A DNA stretch of 34,537 nucleotides from Methanobacteriota archaeon (lineage in GTDB: Archaea > Thermoplasmatota > Thermoplasmata > RBG-16-68-12), in assembly GCA_005878515.1 (NCBI GenBank), contig VBLZ01000100.1, positions 1 to 34,537 on the forward strand. The letters are read 5' to 3'. The notes below the pieces were generated by a model. The model did no database searches. It was given only the letters and a program-made list of their open reading frames with translations, and was not told the DNA's origin. A program made the translations under genes and the position numbers. Below, in pieces: positions 33,774 to 34,537 of this stretch; position 1 is the stretch's first letter, and every line of letters begins with the position of its first letter.

Positions 33774-34537
33774 ATGCCCATCCGAGTGTACAACACCCTG
33801 TCGAGGACGAAAGAGGAGTTCGTTCCCCTCCAGGCGAACCGCGTATCCATGTTCGTCTGCGGCCTCACCCCACAAGACGAGACGCACATGGGCCATGCGA
33901 AGACGTACGTCGCGTTCGACGTCGTCGCACGGTTCCTTCGACACAAGGGATACCATGTGTTCTACCTCCAGAATGTCACGGACATCGAGGACCGGATCAT
34001 CGAGAAAATGCAGAAGACCGGACGGGAGTGGAAGGACATCGTCAACCAGTATTTCGCCGAATACCTCGAGGTCATGGATGCCCTCCGCTGCAATTCGGTC
34101 GACGTGTACGCGTTCGCAACCGATTATATCGACGACATCATCGCGCAGATCCTGGGGCTAGTCAAGAAGGGCCACGCATACGTCGCCGAAGACGGAAGCG
34201 TCTACTACGACACGACGACGTTCTCCGGCTGGGGCAAGCTGAGCGGACAGAAGGTCGAATCGCTCCGGCCTGGGGCCCGAGTCGCCATCGAGGAACGGAA
34301 ACGGCATCCCGCCGATTTCGTCCTGTGGAGGGCCCGGAAGCCGGGGGAGCCCGCGTGGGACAGCCCGTGGGGCAAAGGCCGGCCCGGATGGCACATCGAG
34401 GACACGGCGATCACGATCCGACACTTCGGGCCACAGTACGACCTCCACGGAGGGGCGACGGAACTGATGTTCCCTCATCACGAGGCAGAGATCGCCCAGG
34501 CCGAAGCGTACACCGGGATCACGCCCTTCGTGAAGTA
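33774..34537 (+). CDS. cysS: Cysteinyl-tRNA synthetase (5' part, runs off the window)
   Basis: Hand translation from ATG 33774: MPIRVYNTLSRTKEEFVP...MFVCGLTPQDETHMGHAKTY...DFVLW...SPWGKGRPGWHIEDTAI...FPHHEAEIAQ; absent from the ORF track because it has no stop in the window; TATA CCTTAATA upstream. Confidence 0.95.
   Translation, partial: MPIRVYNTLSRTKEEFVPLQANRVSMFVCGLTPQDETHMGHAKTYVAFDVVARFLRHKGYHVFYLQNVTDIEDRIIEKMQKTGREWKDIVNQYFAEYLEVMDALRCNSVDVYAFATDYIDDIIAQILGLVKKGHAYVAEDGSVYYDTTTFSGWGKLSGQKVESLRPGARVAIEERKRHPADFVLWRARKPGEPAWDSPWGKGRPGWHIEDTAITIRHFGPQYDLHGGATELMFPHHEAEIAQAEAYTGITPFVK

Noticed and set aside
1-34537. CRISPR arrays, IS elements, integrases, rRNA
   Set aside because: No regularly spaced direct repeats, transposase or integrase motifs, terminal inverted repeats or rRNA-like sequence were seen.

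Overview
A high-GC (roughly two-thirds, judged by eye) archaeal chromosome segment. Gene content and order (PolD large subunit, RaSEA, rpl12/rpl10/rpl1/rpl11-spt5-secE-ftsZ, TATA-type promoters with many apparently leaderless genes) point to a Thermoplasmata-type euryarchaeon; this is inference. Left to right: thioredoxin; polC (DP2); a glycosylation cluster (GT-C-like membrane protein, two GT4s, a methyltransferase, gmd); an accessory stretch ending at the 3' end of tRNA-Thr(UGU) (two regulators, arsM, a Cys-rich micropeptide, an RNase HI-like gene, a beta-helix/PKD surface protein); a Zn-ribbon/SAP membrane protein; RaSEA; the ribosomal stalk/L1/L11-spt5-secE cluster with two tandem ftsZ; an HD hydrolase; a PKD-fused peptide-binding protein; and a cysteine cluster (tRNA-Cys, CBS, CGL, partial cysS). 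The best candidate for a new system is a compact arsenic module with no ArsR. It has a TrmB-family regulator ending in Cys-Cys, divergent from arsM across a shared TATA box and a perfect palindromic operator, and arsM is translationally coupled to a 37-aa, 7-Cys metallothionein-like peptide that the ORF track does not call. Other oddities: Spt5 fused to an Ig-like domain, a tRNA-Cys with A73 near a Cys-to-Asp variant CysRS, a membrane-anchored SAP/Zn-ribbon protein, and an L1-binding leader hairpin. All calls come from motif recognition by eye; no searches were run.
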